In this document: piece by piece, positions 14,719 through 16,600 of the stretch
Position numbering within the stretch: the stretch's first letter is position 1
Layout: every line of letters begins with the position of its first letter
Assembly (NCBI GenBank): GCA_026419015.1
Contig: JAOAAF010000033.1
Span: forward strand, 1-16,600
Direction of reading: 5' to 3'
Length of the DNA stretch: 16,600 bases
Source: Spirochaetota bacterium
GTDB taxonomy: Bacteria; Spirochaetota; UBA4802; JAGODF01
Notes under the pieces: generated by a model
What the model was told of the DNA's origin: nothing
Databases searched by the model: none
Seen by the model: the letters and a program-made list of their open reading frames with translations, nothing else
Made by a program: the position numbers and the translations under genes

Positions 14719-16579
14719 ATGGAACAACAAACAGAACAGCAAACGACGCTCATTATCCCATCGGAGAAAATCCCAGAATTTATTCCAATAATTCCAATTT
14801 CTCACAGGCCGCTTTTTCCGGGAATGATGATTCCACTCGTGCTGACGGGCGATCGGATGTTAGCGACGGTAAAGGATATAGTGGATTCACCTTCCAAAGT
14901 TGGCGGTGCGGTGTTGGCAAAAGCTAATGCCGTAGGGCAGAATATTTCCGATTCTCTTTATTCAGTTGGAGTATCTGTCAAAATTTTACGGCTTGCGCCA
15001 ATCGATGATGTAACAGTACAAATCATGGTCAATGCGATTGGGCGTTTTCGACATGTGAAAACAGTTCAAGAAGAGCCAATACTTCGCTGGCAGGTTGCAC
15101 ACCATGTCGATGTGCCGTTGCAGGGAAATGAAGCGAAAGCATACTCTATGGCTATCATTTCTCTTGTAAAAGAATTAATAAAATCGAATTCGCTTTTTCA
15201 AGAAGAATTAAAATTATTTTTAAATCGATTTACTGCAGAAGATACGGGGAAGCTTTCGGATTTTGTTGCTTCAATGACGTCTGCAGAGCCGCAAGAACTT
15301 CAAGATATTTTAGAAACGTTTGATGTGAAAAAGCGCGTTGAGAAAGTATTGCAGCTTTTGAAAAAAGAACTTGAACTCAGCAAATTGCGTGAAAAGATTA
15401 CTAAACAAATTGATGAGAATATTGCAAAAAGCCAGAAAGAATTTTTCCTTCGCCAACAATTAAAAGAAATAAAAAAGGAACTTGGTCTTGAAAAGGATGA
15501 AAAAACCTCCGAAGTAGAAAAATTTCAAGAACGCGCATCGAAATTAAAGTTTAGCGAGGAAGCAAAAAAGAGATTCGAAGAAGAAATTGAAAAGCTTAAA
15601 GTATTAGAACCTCATTCAGCGGAATACGGAGTAAGCCGAAATTATCTCGATTGGCTCACATCTCTTCCTTGGGGTATTTTTTCTGATGATAATTACGATA
15701 TAAAAAAGGCAAGCCGCATATTAGATCGCGATCATTTTGGGCTTGAAGATATAAAGGAAAGAATACTTGAGTTCATCAGCACAGGGAAGATGAAAGGCAA
15801 ATTAACAGGTTCCATTATTTGTTTTGTCGGTCCGCCCGGAGTAGGGAAAACATCAATCGGAAAATCTGTTGCAGAAGCATTGAATAGGAAATTTTTTCGT
15901 TTTTCCCTTGGCGGGATGCGCGATGAAGCAGAAATCAAAGGTCATCGCCGCACATATATAGGCGCGATGCCTGGAAAAATTATTCAGAGCCTTAAGATGG
16001 TGGGCACTGCCAACCCCGTTATCATGCTTGATGAAATCGATAAAATTGGAGCAAGTTACCAAGGAGATCCTGCCTCTGCGCTTCTGGAAGTGCTCGATCC
16101 CGAACAGAATTCTGCCTTCTTAGATCATTATCTCGATGTACCATTTGATCTTTCGAATATTCTTTTTATCGCCACAGCGAATCAATTGGATACCATTCCG
16201 CTCCCTCTGTTGGACAGAATGGAGATTATGAAACTGTCGGGTTATATATTGGAAGAAAAATTGCAAATTGCAAAAAAATATCTCATCCCGAAACAATTGC
16301 GAGAACATGGTTTTAAAAAAGGTCAAGTGAATATTAATCATAACGCGTTAAAGAAAATTATCGATGGATATGCCCGAGAAGCTGGAGTTCGCAGTTTGGA
16401 AAATTGCATTAAAAAGATCATGCGAAAATCTGCCCGGCGATTTGCCGAAGGCGATATGCGGCCTATCACAGTAACACCGGAAAATTTGGAAGAATTCCTG
16501 GGAAAACCTCGATTTCAGGATGAATCGAAGTATTTAAAAAAGATTCCCGGGGTGGTGATGGGCCTTGCATGGACAAGCC
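14719..16579 (+). CDS. lon: ATP-dependent Lon protease, N-terminal 620 residues; truncated by the adapter at the contig end
   Basis: Not in the ORF track because there is no in-window stop. Hand translation from the ATG at 14719 gives MEQQTEQQTTLIIPSEKIPEFIPIIPISHRPLFPGMMIPLVLTGDRMLATVKDIV, a Lon N-domain like [23 protein letters not shown]. It continues through Walker A ICFVGPPGVGKTSIGKSVA, Walker B VIMLDEIDK and sensor regions to ...IPGVVMGLAWTS at the adapter junction. Confidence 0.9.
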
Positions 16580-16600
16580 CTGTCTCTTATACACATCTCC
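16580..16600. other. Synthetic Nextera/Tn5 mosaic-end adapter (read-through)
   Basis: CTGTCTCTTATACACATCT followed by CC, which is the start of the Nextera adapter continuation CCGAGCCCACGAGAC. Confidence 0.9.

Noticed and set aside
1-16600. Terminal inverted 19-bp repeats as evidence of a composite transposon or IS
   Set aside because: The sequence is the commercial Nextera mosaic end, with the adapter continuation bases following, and there is no transposase gene inside. It is a library artefact, not a mobile element.

Overview
This 16.6-kb window comes from a bacterium of roughly 40% GC that uses strong GGAGG-type ribosome-binding sites. Its phylum cannot be called from the sequence alone. 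Positions 1-19 and 16580-16600 are synthetic Illumina Nextera/Tn5 mosaic-end adapter sequence (AGATGTGTATAAGAGACAG and its reverse complement followed by the adapter-continuation CC), so the first and last coding regions are artificially truncated. The content is housekeeping and nitrogen metabolism, with no mobile elements, CRISPR arrays, tRNA or rRNA. On the + strand a five-gene operon is linked by overlapping stop and start codons: nadD (NaMN adenylyltransferase), an LCP (LytR-CpsA-Psr) protein, rsfS (ribosomal silencing factor), a minimal NtrB-like histidine kinase, and an NtrC-like sigma54 enhancer-binding response regulator. Convergent to it, on the - strand, is a tightly spaced operon: PII (GlnB/GlnK), a flotillin/SPFH protein, glutamine synthetase type I (GlnA) and ammonium transporter (Amt), each gene with its own GGAGG site in an intergenic gap of 15-26 nt. 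The rest of the window holds, on the - strand, an enoyl-CoA hydratase. On the + strand are a small signal-peptide hypothetical, rsgA, an orphan MlaF-like ABC ATPase that overlaps rsgA by 4 nt, ilvE (branched-chain amino acid aminotransferase), about 0.69 kb of unexplained AT-rich non-coding DNA, and the 5' end of lon, which the ORF track missed because it runs off the window. The two most unusual observations are a flotillin gene embedded in a PII-GS-Amt nitrogen operon and an NtrB-like kinase with no sensor domain and apparently degenerate ATP-binding boxes, paired with an intact NtrC-like regulator directly across from that operon. Other leads are a 47-aa ORF overlapping the regulator's stop codon on the opposite strand, TGTAACA repeat and palindrome motifs upstream of the glnB operon and ilvE, and the large non-coding gap before lon.
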